Shown here piece after piece: positions 49,235-57,982 of a stretch of DNA of 64,000 bases. The DNA is taken from the NCBI GenBank assembly GCA_018304465.1, contig JAGVWC010000010.1, forward strand, positions 1 through 64,000, read 5' to 3'. Source of the stretch: Candidatus Iainarchaeum sp. GTDB lineage: Archaea > Iainarchaeota > Iainarchaeia > Iainarchaeales > JAGVWC01. Both the position numbers and the translations under genes were made by a program. Every line of letters begins with the position of its first letter. Within the stretch, counting starts at the first letter, position 1. The notes under the pieces were generated by a model. That model was not told where the DNA came from, did no database searches, and saw only the letters and a program-made list of their open reading frames with translations.

Positions 49235-50077
49235 ATGGTAGAAAGACGTTCTTTTGCCATGAAATTATCCGAGACCGATTTGGCATGGCTCGTCGGCTTT
49301 ATTGAAGGAGAAGGAAGTTTCGGAGTTTCAATTTGCATTTCAAAAACCGACCAAGGCATAAAACCCACTCTTCTTTTCAAACTCGCTTTAGCAGAACGCG
49401 ACAAAGAAGTCATCTACAAGCTGAGAGAAATGCTTGGCATCGGATGGATTACGTTCAAACGAAAAGAACTCTGGCAAAAACACGGCATAAAAAACGCCTC
49501 CAATCAATATTCTTTCTTGGTGACCAGCGTCGATGAATGCCAAACACTCTGTAACCTGCTTGATGAAAGCCTATTCAAAACCGCCAAGAAAAATGATTTC
49601 CTTTTATGGAAAGAAGCAGTAAAAAACATTGGCAATTTTGAACACCTTAAAAAAGATGGATTGCTACGACTCGCAGAAATCCGAGACATGATAAACGGAC
49701 CTGAAAAAACAACAAACTACAAAGCCAAAGCATTTTTCATGAATGCCATTGAAAAAAGACCCCAATTATTCACCATACAAGCCATTGAAAAAAGAACAGC
49801 AAAAGCAATTATTGTTCGGGAATCTATCAAACAAAAGAAATCCAAAATTTCCCAATACAAACCCAAATTTGAGATAGCCCCCGAGGACCACGTGTGCATT
49901 GATTGTAGAAAAAGCCTCGCAGATCGAAACGTCCGAGCCGAGCGATGCGAGACCTGCAGAAGAAAACACCTTAACAAACTTGGATACCAATGGCTCAAAA
50001 AACACCGGGCAGCGGTTCGATACATGGCCCAAGACGTGTTGGCGGGAAAAAAAACCGATCGCTGGCAAAAACAATAA
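49235..50077 (+). CDS. Free-standing single-motif LAGLIDADG endonuclease with C-terminal Zn finger
   Basis: WLVGFIEGEGSF, KKNDFLLW and CIDC..CETC. Confidence 0.88.
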   Translation: MVERRSFAMKLSETDLAWLVGFIEGEGSFGVSICISKTDQGIKPTLLFKLALAERDKEVIYKLREMLGIGWITFKRKELWQKHGIKNASNQYSFLVTSVDECQTLCNLLDESLFKTAKKNDFLLWKEAVKNIGNFEHLKKDGLLRLAEIRDMINGPEKTTNYKAKAFFMNAIEKRPQLFTIQAIEKRTAKAIIVRESIKQKKSKISQYKPKFEIAPEDHVCIDCRKSLADRNVRAERCETCRRKHLNKLGYQWLKKHRAAVRYMAQDVLAGKKTDRWQKQ

Positions 50078-50115
50078 TCCGTTCTGATTCAAAGCCTTTT
50101 TTTGATAAAGAACCA

Positions 50116-52173
50116 TCAGCGTTTTACGCTTTCGAAAAAACTTTTGGCGGAATCCGCCACGATTTGGGTGTACGGGGTTTCTTTTTTGATGTCCAGCATT
50201 TGGCGATGCTCTTTGTCCAATGTTTTGTCAATAGCGCCATTCGATAACACCGCGAAAAAACCATAGTCTTCACGGGACCGGGTTAACCGTCCAATGGCTT
50301 GAATGAAATTTTTGCGGGTCGTCAACACGAAAAACCAGGTGTTGGCATCGATTTTCCACTTGTGTTTTTTGGCGAGTTCATCGAATTTTTTGATTTCAAA
50401 ATCATACACTTGCGGATACGGAATCCCGATCAAAAGCAAGATGCGACACCCATTGTCTTTGAGCATATTGCTTCCGCGGGCATATTTGGTGTACATCGTT
50501 GAAAACATGACTTTTTTTCCGCTTGATTGCTTGAATTTTTCCCATTGTTCGTCGCGGCTATGCGACGCGTCCAGTTTTTTTTCTTCGTCCAAAAAAATCG
50601 TAACCCCGTTTTTTTCCAACAAGGAAAACAACGGGTCTTTTACGGGATTAAAGGCTCCGTACGCGTTAAAAAAAACCACGATTTCGCGTTTGACTTCGGA
50701 TAATTCCAAAATCAGGTCGCCGATCATCTGGGCCTTAAGACCAATGTCGGCAAATCGTTTTCGCGACGAAAAATCCAGGGCCGGGTGCTTTAGAATAATG
50801 CCTTGTTTTTGTCCGGTTAACCCCGCGTTTTTTGGAACCGTAAACCAATCGACTTTTTCGCCGAACTGGATTTCAAGCATTTCCTGAAACGGTAACGTCG
50901 CGGACATCACCACGATTTTTTCGAATCGACGCGCTAACGATTGAAAAAACTCGGTGAACACCAAGGGCCGGCGCACGAAAAAAACGTCGGTTTGATCGCC
51001 GCGTTTTCGTTTGGACACCGAATCCACGAACGTAATCGCGTTTTTTTGATCCACCGAAAACGCCAACCGAAAATGAAACGCCAGCACGTGGCGATACGGA
51101 TCGTGTTTTTTGGCGGAATCCGAAATCAATTTGAAAAAATCGCTTTCATTTGCCTTAAACACCTGGTTAAACCGTTCAAACGCCAGTCGATACAACGGAA
51201 CCCCAAAAAACGCTTTTTCGACTTCGATTCCCTTGGGAACATCCATCGGAAGTCCTTTGGAGGCATGATCCAGAAACGTTTTCAGACTCTCGGCATACAA
51301 TTCCAGTTCATACGCCAGTTCGCGACGCTTGTTGATCTCCATTTTTTCAAAATCCCGCAAAAACAAATCCCGATTCGTCGGCCGCAAATCCGACAACACG
51401 TGGGTCAACTGGCTTTGCGACAAACTGATCTTGAATTGTTCGCGCAAACGTTCTTCAAACTTGTCAAACTCGTCAATCACCAGCAAAAACTCCGACGTGT
51501 CTTCTTCCAGATACTTCGGATTGATCAAATACTGATAATCGCACACCTGGATTTTGGCCGAAGAAAAGTTTTTTTTGAACAAATAATACGGACACAATTG
51601 TTTTTCCTTTAAGTTACCGATGATTTGCACCAAATCGTTTTCCCCAAGATCCAAGTGTGGATCCGACAATTTGGAATGCAATTCTTTGACCGCGGCTTCG
51701 CCGGACGGCTTTAATGTTTTCTGACCCGCTTTTTGTTCTCCGAACACGTTTTCGTAATGAACACAATCCCCGGATTCTTTCGCCCGATCGCACAAGGAAT
51801 AAATGCTTTCTTGTCCGTCAATTTCGGACCCGGGTTCGTCCGACAAAAACACGCAGGGTTTATACGTCGGGTTTCCTTTTCCGATCAAAAAACCCAAATC
51901 CACGTTCGACGGATTCAATCCTTCTTGCTTTAAATGATCCTTCCAAAAATTCACGGTGTGATTCGTGGCCGCGGTCGCGATCAACACCCGCTTTTTTTTC
52001 TCCAACACGAAATTCTTGGCCAACCCCAACGCCAAAAACGTTTTTCCAAACCCCGTTGGCGCTTCCAACGCCACGATATCGGATTCTTCCAACGCGTCAA
52101 ACACGTTTTTAGCAATCGCGTTTTGAACCCTGGACCGGGTTTCTTTTGCCGCCGAAATCTCGTATAGCGCCAT
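50116..52173 (-). CDS. XPD/Rad3/DinG-family helicase with Fe-S cysteines
   Basis: EAPTGFGKT, four Cys including CPYY, IDE, MSATL, GIPYP and QAIGRLTR. Confidence 0.9.
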   Translation of the reverse strand: MALYEISAAKETRSRVQNAIAKNVFDALEESDIVALEAPTGFGKTFLALGLAKNFVLEKKKRVLIATAATNHTVNFWKDHLKQEGLNPSNVDLGFLIGKGNPTYKPCVFLSDEPGSEIDGQESIYSLCDRAKESGDCVHYENVFGEQKAGQKTLKPSGEAAVKELHSKLSDPHLDLGENDLVQIIGNLKEKQLCPYYLFKKNFSSAKIQVCDYQYLINPKYLEEDTSEFLLVIDEFDKFEERLREQFKISLSQSQLTHVLSDLRPTNRDLFLRDFEKMEINKRRELAYELELYAESLKTFLDHASKGLPMDVPKGIEVEKAFFGVPLYRLAFERFNQVFKANESDFFKLISDSAKKHDPYRHVLAFHFRLAFSVDQKNAITFVDSVSKRKRGDQTDVFFVRRPLVFTEFFQSLARRFEKIVVMSATLPFQEMLEIQFGEKVDWFTVPKNAGLTGQKQGIILKHPALDFSSRKRFADIGLKAQMIGDLILELSEVKREIVVFFNAYGAFNPVKDPLFSLLEKNGVTIFLDEEKKLDASHSRDEQWEKFKQSSGKKVMFSTMYTKYARGSNMLKDNGCRILLLIGIPYPQVYDFEIKKFDELAKKHKWKIDANTWFFVLTTRKNFIQAIGRLTRSREDYGFFAVLSNGAIDKTLDKEHRQMLDIKKETPYTQIVADSAKSFFESVKR

Positions 52174-52251
52174 ACTCAAAACACCATACGAAAAGGGTTT
52201 TAACCACCCGTCTTCATCGCAATCCTCGTTAAACCGCCGCAAATAAAAGCG

Positions 52252-52461
52252 ATGGGCTCCAACCCAAAGAAAAAGAAGCGGCTTTCCAACGATGGCAAAA
52301 CGATACCCGCCCGATCGCGTCCGCATCTGGCCAAAGACGGCACCAAAACCGATTTTGAAAAACCCACTCTAAAAGACATGGTAAAAGTCTATGACCAATG
52401 GGTCGAAGCACCCGGTGCCATCACGATTCGCTGGCGAAAAAACGTCCGATCCTATTTATAA
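52252..52461 (+). CDS. Small basic hypothetical protein
   Basis: MGSNPKKKKR leader; fills an intergenic gap. Confidence 0.55.
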   Translation: MGSNPKKKKRLSNDGKTIPARSRPHLAKDGTKTDFEKPTLKDMVKVYDQWVEAPGAITIRWRKNVRSYL

Positions 52462-52509
52462 AAAAAAAACATCAAAACCCTTTAATTCTACCGCTTCGAA
52501 ATACTTGAC

Positions 52510-53196
52510 ATGCCGTCACGCCGAAAACCCGTTACGCGTCTCACCCGCCCCACAGCCGTTTTGCGCCGGCCCTTGCGACCGGCCCACCCACGACCCTATC
52601 GAATCATTGAAAAAACCCCTAACATTGCGCGCGCCGAAATGGCCTGGTTTCGATCCAAAGGAAAACCCGGTTACTTGCGCGAAAGTGCATCCGCGCGCCG
52701 ACTGGACCATGTGTATCCCGGACCCCCAAAACCCGGCGAACACGCGTTTGTTCACACCCACCCCTTCACGCGCGTCATGGGAACCGTTTCGACTCCGTCA
52801 TTATCCGATCTAGCGACTTTTTTTGCCGAACACGTCTTTGATTCCGACGTACGGGTATGGGAAATCGCAACTGTGGACAAAAAAGGAAAAGAAATCGGCG
52901 TATTCGCTTTTCGCGCCCAAAAAAAACTATTGGATTCACAAACAGAATCTGACCGAATCCGATTCCTGATCGAACGCGTTTTCATCAATAACCTAGACAA
53001 ACCCACCGTGGAAAAATACCGTATCGCCGAACGACTGCGGCAATACCTCGTAAAAAACAAATTTTTCGTCGAACACGCCGTAAGCCGGCGCGGATACGAA
53101 TTCGCATACGATTCCAGTCGACACGTCGGATTTTTCAGGAAAAAACGAAAAAAACCAGGCGAAGAAATCACGAAAACGTCAAGCCAACGCCGTTGA
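52510..53196 (+). CDS. Basic orphan with JAB/MPN (JAMM) metalloenzyme motif
   Basis: E...FVHTHP......TPSLSD, with an MPSRRKP leader and an RKKRKK tail. Confidence 0.7.
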   Translation: MPSRRKPVTRLTRPTAVLRRPLRPAHPRPYRIIEKTPNIARAEMAWFRSKGKPGYLRESASARRLDHVYPGPPKPGEHAFVHTHPFTRVMGTVSTPSLSDLATFFAEHVFDSDVRVWEIATVDKKGKEIGVFAFRAQKKLLDSQTESDRIRFLIERVFINNLDKPTVEKYRIAERLRQYLVKNKFFVEHAVSRRGYEFAYDSSRHVGFFRKKRKKPGEEITKTSSQRR

Positions 53197-54003
53197 TTTC
53201 AACGCGTTCCACGCCTTGAACCCAAAAAACGCTGAAACCGCGACAAAAACCATTAAAGCGCCGTATACTTCGAATAAACCCGCGGTTTGCGCCAAATACA
53301 CGACGACCGCGTCCACCAACGAATGCAACACAATCGCGAGAATTAACCAAATTTTGTTCGACTCCACGATGCTTCGAAACACCAACAACGAAAACGACAA
53401 ATGCAATCCCATCGCAAGCAATCGTTCCAACAAACCCGGCAACGCATCGACCGGAGTCAAGTTTTTCACGGTTTCTTGCTGTTGCTTGATTTGATCCACT
53501 TGTTCTTGGGTTAACGTTCCGCCGGATTGTTGATTCAAATCCGCAATTCCCGCGTCATCCAAGGATTCCAAGGTCGAAAACCCAACCGCGGTCACAATCA
53601 AGATAACGCCAATCAACATGCATTCGACGCCGCCCCACCCCACTCCAAACAACAAACCGTTTTCACGCGAAAGCGACACTTTTTGATTCTGAAAAACATA
53701 TTTGAACACGAGCCAGCGTCCGATTTCCTCGAACAACCCCGCAAGCAAACCCAAATACAAGGCGGAAAGCACCAATGGAATCGGGGGTTCAAACCAACCC
53801 GAAAACAAACCCGACAACGGAGTTTGGGTCAAAAAAACGAACGGCACGTGTAGGACTTGCACCAAAATGAAAAAACCAAGTCCAAGACCAAACACTTTCC
53901 ACGAAAGATGATACTTTTTAACAATCCAAAACCCCAATGCCAATGGAATCAAGATCTCAAGCAAGGCGACGATTCCAAACGTCAACAAAACAACGGGGTC
54001 CAT
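53179..54003 (-). CDS. YhfC/PrsW-like intramembrane metalloprotease
   Basis: AGLFEEIGR, GVGWGGVE, ERLLAMGLH and HSLVD. Confidence 0.88.
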   Translation of the reverse strand: MDPVVLLTFGIVALLEILIPLALGFWIVKKYHLSWKVFGLGLGFFILVQVLHVPFVFLTQTPLSGLFSGWFEPPIPLVLSALYLGLLAGLFEEIGRWLVFKYVFQNQKVSLSRENGLLFGVGWGGVECMLIGVILIVTAVGFSTLESLDDAGIADLNQQSGGTLTQEQVDQIKQQQETVKNLTPVDALPGLLERLLAMGLHLSFSLLVFRSIVESNKIWLILAIVLHSLVDAVVVYLAQTAGLFEVYGALMVFVAVSAFFGFKAWNALKSTALA

Positions 54004-54086
54004 GCAACACCACTTTACCGACAAGTTTTAACGGGTGTGCTAAAAAAACATGCTAAAAAAGAACAACCCTGTTACGAGAAAGTAGG

Positions 54087-54395
54087 TCAGGCTTGTTTAA
54101 TTTTTTTTACTTTCTTAACCCTAAACACAGATAACATCAATTTTCTTGCAATTGGTTGATAGATAAGTAAGAACAATCCACTTCCAGCAAAAATTGGCAT
54201 GCTATAGTCAATCATGGTTTTTTGGACTTCATTCAATGTATGACCTTGCAAGAGAACCCAATAGACAAGCAAAATTTCCACCCCGCTAATAATCAGCACT
54301 AGAACACTAAGCACACTAAGGAACCATATAAACAGAGAGCAAAACAAGTCTTTTAGGGCAAGCGGTTTTTGAATAGGCGTTTTTGGTTTTATCAT
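54087..54395 (-). CDS. Two-TM membrane protein
   Basis: Hydrophobic segments; ATGA overlap with the upstream ORF. Confidence 0.65.
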   Translation of the reverse strand: MIKPKTPIQKPLALKDLFCSLFIWFLSVLSVLVLIISGVEILLVYWVLLQGHTLNEVQKTMIDYSMPIFAGSGLFLLIYQPIARKLMLSVFRVKKVKKIKQA

Positions 54396-54571
54396 TTTTT
54401 ACGCCTCCAATCTAAAGGTTGCCAACAATTTGGACAAATTGGCGCATCTTTTGCCACAGGGTAGTTACATCGGGGACAACGATTTTGGTTAAGCGCATCA
54501 ATAATTAGCTTCCCTAAAAGTATCATCCCTGCCGCGTCGACAATATCTTTTATCCAGTCATCTTTTGCCAT
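54392..54571 (-). CDS. Small Zn-ribbon protein
   Basis: CPRC..CPNC after a hydrophobic helix. Confidence 0.7.
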   Translation of the reverse strand: MAKDDWIKDIVDAAGMILLGKLIIDALNQNRCPRCNYPVAKDAPICPNCWQPLDWRRKK

Positions 54572-54732
54572 AAACCAATTTGGACTAGCTACGAATTTTT
54601 GTATCTTACTATTTGTTCTATCTAGTGAAAAACGAGGATGCTTGCAGTTGAAATTCCCCCGCGATTGAAAAAGCTCATTCGCAAACCATAAAAACCCCAA
54701 ATGCATTCTATTTGCATAAAAGAAGACCCCTC

Positions 54733-56262
54733 ATGACAAAAATTACTAATGGAACCAAAGAAGGTTTCGAACAAAAAATGTGGACCGCCGCCGACAAAAT
54801 GCGAAACAACATGGACGCTGCCGAATACAAACATGTCGTCTTGGGCCTTATTTTCTTAAAATATATTTCTGATCGGTTTGAAGTCATACATAAAGAATTG
54901 TCCAAAGATCCTGAAGGCTTAGGGCCCGAAGAACGAGACGAATACATTTCCCGCAACGTATTTTGGGTTCCAAAAAAAGCACGTTGGGGCTATTTACAAG
55001 ACCGCGCCAAACAACCCGAAATCGGACAATTCCTCGACGATGCCATGGAACTTGTCGAAAAAGAAAACCCCACGCTAAAAGGCGTATTACCCAAAGATTA
55101 CGCTCGCCCTACACTCAACAAACGAAGACTTGGGGAACTCATCGACCTAATCGGAACCATCACACTGGGAGACGAAGAAAGCAACAAGAAAGACGTTTTA
55201 GGACAAGTATATGAGTATTTCTTGGGCCAATTCGCAGATGCAGAAGGAAAAAAAGGCGGCCAATTCTATACCCCGGCTAGCATTGTAAAACTCCTCGTTG
55301 AAATGATCGAACCCTACAAAGGCCGTGTATTCGATCCGTGCTGTGGAAGCGGAGGAATGTTCGTTCAAAGCGAAAAATTCATTTCCGAGCACCAAGGAAA
55401 AATTGACGAAGTATCCATTTACGGCCAAGAAAGCAACCCGACCACCTGGAAACTCTGCAAAATGAACTTGGCGATACGCGGAATCGACGGAAACATTTCG
55501 CTTGGAGATTCTTTTCACCAAGACCAACACAAAGACCTCAAAGCAGACTTTATTTTAGCCAATCCACCCTTCAATGTCTCCGACTGGAGCGGAGAAAGCC
55601 TACGCGACGATTCCCGCTGGAAATACGGAGTTCCACCAACCGGAAACGCCAATTTTGCATGGGTCCAACACTTTATTTCCCATTTGAGTCCCACCGGAAT
55701 CGCCGGATTCGTTCTCGCCAACGGTTCCATGTCATCTAACCAATCCGGCGAAGGCGAAATTCGAAAAAAAATCGTTCAAGAAGACCTAGTGGATTGCATG
55801 GTGGCACTTCCAAGCCAATTATTCTTCAACACCATGATCCCTGCCTGCTTATGGTTTGTGGCACGCGACAAAAAAAACAATAAACACCGCGACCGCCGCG
55901 GACAAGTACTATTCATTGACGCTCGCAAAATGGGGACCATGATTGATCGCCGCCACCGCGAACTCACCACTGAAGACATCCAAAAAATTGCTTCAACTTA
56001 TCACGCGTGGCGAAACAAAGATGGGAAACACCAAGACATCAAAGGATTCTGCAAGTCCATATCACTCAAAGAAATCGAAAAGCAAGGATTCATCCTAACC
56101 CCCGGACGATACGTTGGAACCGAAGAAATAGAAGACGACTGTGAACCCTTCGAAGAAAAAATGAAACGTCTCACGAACGAATTAAAAATGCAATTTGAAG
56201 AATCGAAACGTCTAGAAAAAGAAATTGAAAAAAATCTGAAGGGGATCGGTTTTGACTTTTAA
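54733..56262 (+). CDS. hsdM: Type I RM methyltransferase subunit M
   Basis: [14 protein letters not shown] and NPPF. Confidence 0.97.
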   Translation: MTKITNGTKEGFEQKMWTAADKMRNNMDAAEYKHVVLGLIFLKYISDRFEVIHKELSKDPEGLGPEERDEYISRNVFWVPKKARWGYLQDRAKQPEIGQFLDDAMELVEKENPTLKGVLPKDYARPTLNKRRLGELIDLIGTITLGDEESNKKDVLGQVYEYFLGQFADAEGKKGGQFYTPASIVKLLVEMIEPYKGRVFDPCCGSGGMFVQSEKFISEHQGKIDEVSIYGQESNPTTWKLCKMNLAIRGIDGNISLGDSFHQDQHKDLKADFILANPPFNVSDWSGESLRDDSRWKYGVPPTGNANFAWVQHFISHLSPTGIAGFVLANGSMSSNQSGEGEIRKKIVQEDLVDCMVALPSQLFFNTMIPACLWFVARDKKNNKHRDRRGQVLFIDARKMGTMIDRRHRELTTEDIQKIASTYHAWRNKDGKHQDIKGFCKSISLKEIEKQGFILTPGRYVGTEEIEDDCEPFEEKMKRLTNELKMQFEESKRLEKEIEKNLKGIGFDF

Positions 56263-56719
56263 CATTTTCATAAGTTACTCAACAAAGGATATCGAAACGG
56301 CTAAAAGACAGCAGAATTATTTTTCTCAAATTCAAGGAACGCGAGTTTTTCTATCTGAGTCAAGCCTGATTTTGGGTCAACTAAGTGATGTATTCATTAA
56401 CGAAATCAAAAAGTGTGATTTATTCATAGTCCTTTACAGTAAGAATTCTCAAAATTCGACTTATGTTCAACAAGAAATTGGTGTTGCGAAAGGAAACGGA
56501 AAACTTGTTATCCCCGTTCTGCTTGATGCTGAAGCAAAACCGGATGCAATGCTTCAAGGTATTAGTTATCTTTCAATTTACGATGAAGAAAAGCGCAACA
56601 CACAAATGCCTCGGTTATATCAGTACATCACACAAGAAACACAAAAGAAAGCAACTGGAGAAACACTTCTCTTTCTTGGAGCGCTTTATACACTATACTC
56701 TTTGTCGAGACACAGGTGA
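56252..56719 (+). CDS. TIR domain protein
   Basis: [26 protein letters not shown] (catalytic Glu position), VIPVLL and a hydrophobic C-tail. Confidence 0.9.
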   Translation: MTFNIFISYSTKDIETAKRQQNYFSQIQGTRVFLSESSLILGQLSDVFINEIKKCDLFIVLYSKNSQNSTYVQQEIGVAKGNGKLVIPVLLDAEAKPDAMLQGISYLSIYDEEKRNTQMPRLYQYITQETQKKATGETLLFLGALYTLYSLSRHR

Positions 56720-57978
56720 CTATAGTGCCCAAGTTTAAAGAAACGGAAAACGGAAAAATTCCCCCTGGCTGGGAAGTTACTATAATTAGTAATGCAATCG
56801 AAGTTAATCCCGAGAGAGCGCTAAAAAAAGGATCAAATGCAAAGTCAGTTGCAATGCAAGACTTAAAAGAGTTTAATAAAAAAATACAAAATTTTACAAT
56901 TAAATCCTTCAGAGGAGGTTCAAAATTCAAAAACGAGGACACTCTGATGGCTAGGATTACGCCTTGTTTAGAAAATGGTAAAACAGCATTCGTTGATATT
57001 CTTGAAAAAGAGGAAATCGGGTTTGGATCTACAGAATTTATAGTTCTATCCGGAAAACCAGAAAAAACAACAAATGAATTCGTCTTCTACTTATCTATTT
57101 CCCCAAAATTAAGAAGCGAAGCTATTCAATCAATGTCCGGTACATCCGGAAGACAAAGAATTCAAACCGATTTATTCAGGTCTAAGGAAATTGCGATACC
57201 AAAAATTTTCGAACAAAAGGCAGTCGTAAAAATTCTTTCAGATTTAGATTCTAAAATCGAATTGAACAATCAGACGAATCGTACGCTCGAACAAATTGCT
57301 CAAACTTTGTTCAAACATTGGTTTGTTGATTTTGAATTTCCAAACGTAGAAGGAAAACCATACAAATCCAGCGGCGGAAAAATGATTGAATCTGGGCTTG
57401 GATTGGTTCCCGAAGGGTGGAAAGTTCGATCATTGGATCAAATTGCTGATTTTCTCAATGGCCTTGCGTTACAAAAATATCCCCCTGCAGGAGAAGATTT
57501 TCTTCCAGTAATAAAAATTCGAGAATTGCGACAGGGAGTTACAGTGGATAGTGACAAAGCAGATATTTCCATTCCAGATGAATATATTGTTGAAGATGGA
57601 GATGTACTTTTTTCTTGGTCTGGCAGTTTAGAAGTGGTTATCTGGTGTGGCGGGCCTGGAGCATTAAATCAGCACTTATTTAAGATTACATCAAAAGAAT
57701 ACCCTAAATGGTTTTTTTATCAATGGACCAAATATCATTTAACCGAGTTTCAGCTTATCGCAGAGGGAAAAGCAACAACAATGGGGCACATACAACGCCA
57801 CCATTTAACCGAAGCAAAAATTTTGGTTCCACAACGGGCAATCTTAGAAAAAATTAATAAAATTATGGCCCCAAAATTCGAATTGCTTGTTAATAACAAA
57901 ATTGAAATTCGAAACTTGACACAGATTCGTGATTCTTTGCTTCCAAAACTAATGTCTGGAAAAATCCGAGTGAGTTGA
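56716..57978 (+). CDS. hsdS: Type I RM specificity subunit S
   Basis: IPPGW and VPEGW starts of two TRDs, LDSKIELN and RDSLLPKLMSG. Confidence 0.96.
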   Translation: MTIVPKFKETENGKIPPGWEVTIISNAIEVNPERALKKGSNAKSVAMQDLKEFNKKIQNFTIKSFRGGSKFKNEDTLMARITPCLENGKTAFVDILEKEEIGFGSTEFIVLSGKPEKTTNEFVFYLSISPKLRSEAIQSMSGTSGRQRIQTDLFRSKEIAIPKIFEQKAVVKILSDLDSKIELNNQTNRTLEQIAQTLFKHWFVDFEFPNVEGKPYKSSGGKMIESGLGLVPEGWKVRSLDQIADFLNGLALQKYPPAGEDFLPVIKIRELRQGVTVDSDKADISIPDEYIVEDGDVLFSWSGSLEVVIWCGGPGALNQHLFKITSKEYPKWFFYQWTKYHLTEFQLIAEGKATTMGHIQRHHLTEAKILVPQRAILEKINKIMAPKFELLVNNKIEIRNLTQIRDSLLPKLMSGKIRVS

Positions 57979-57982
57979 TGTA

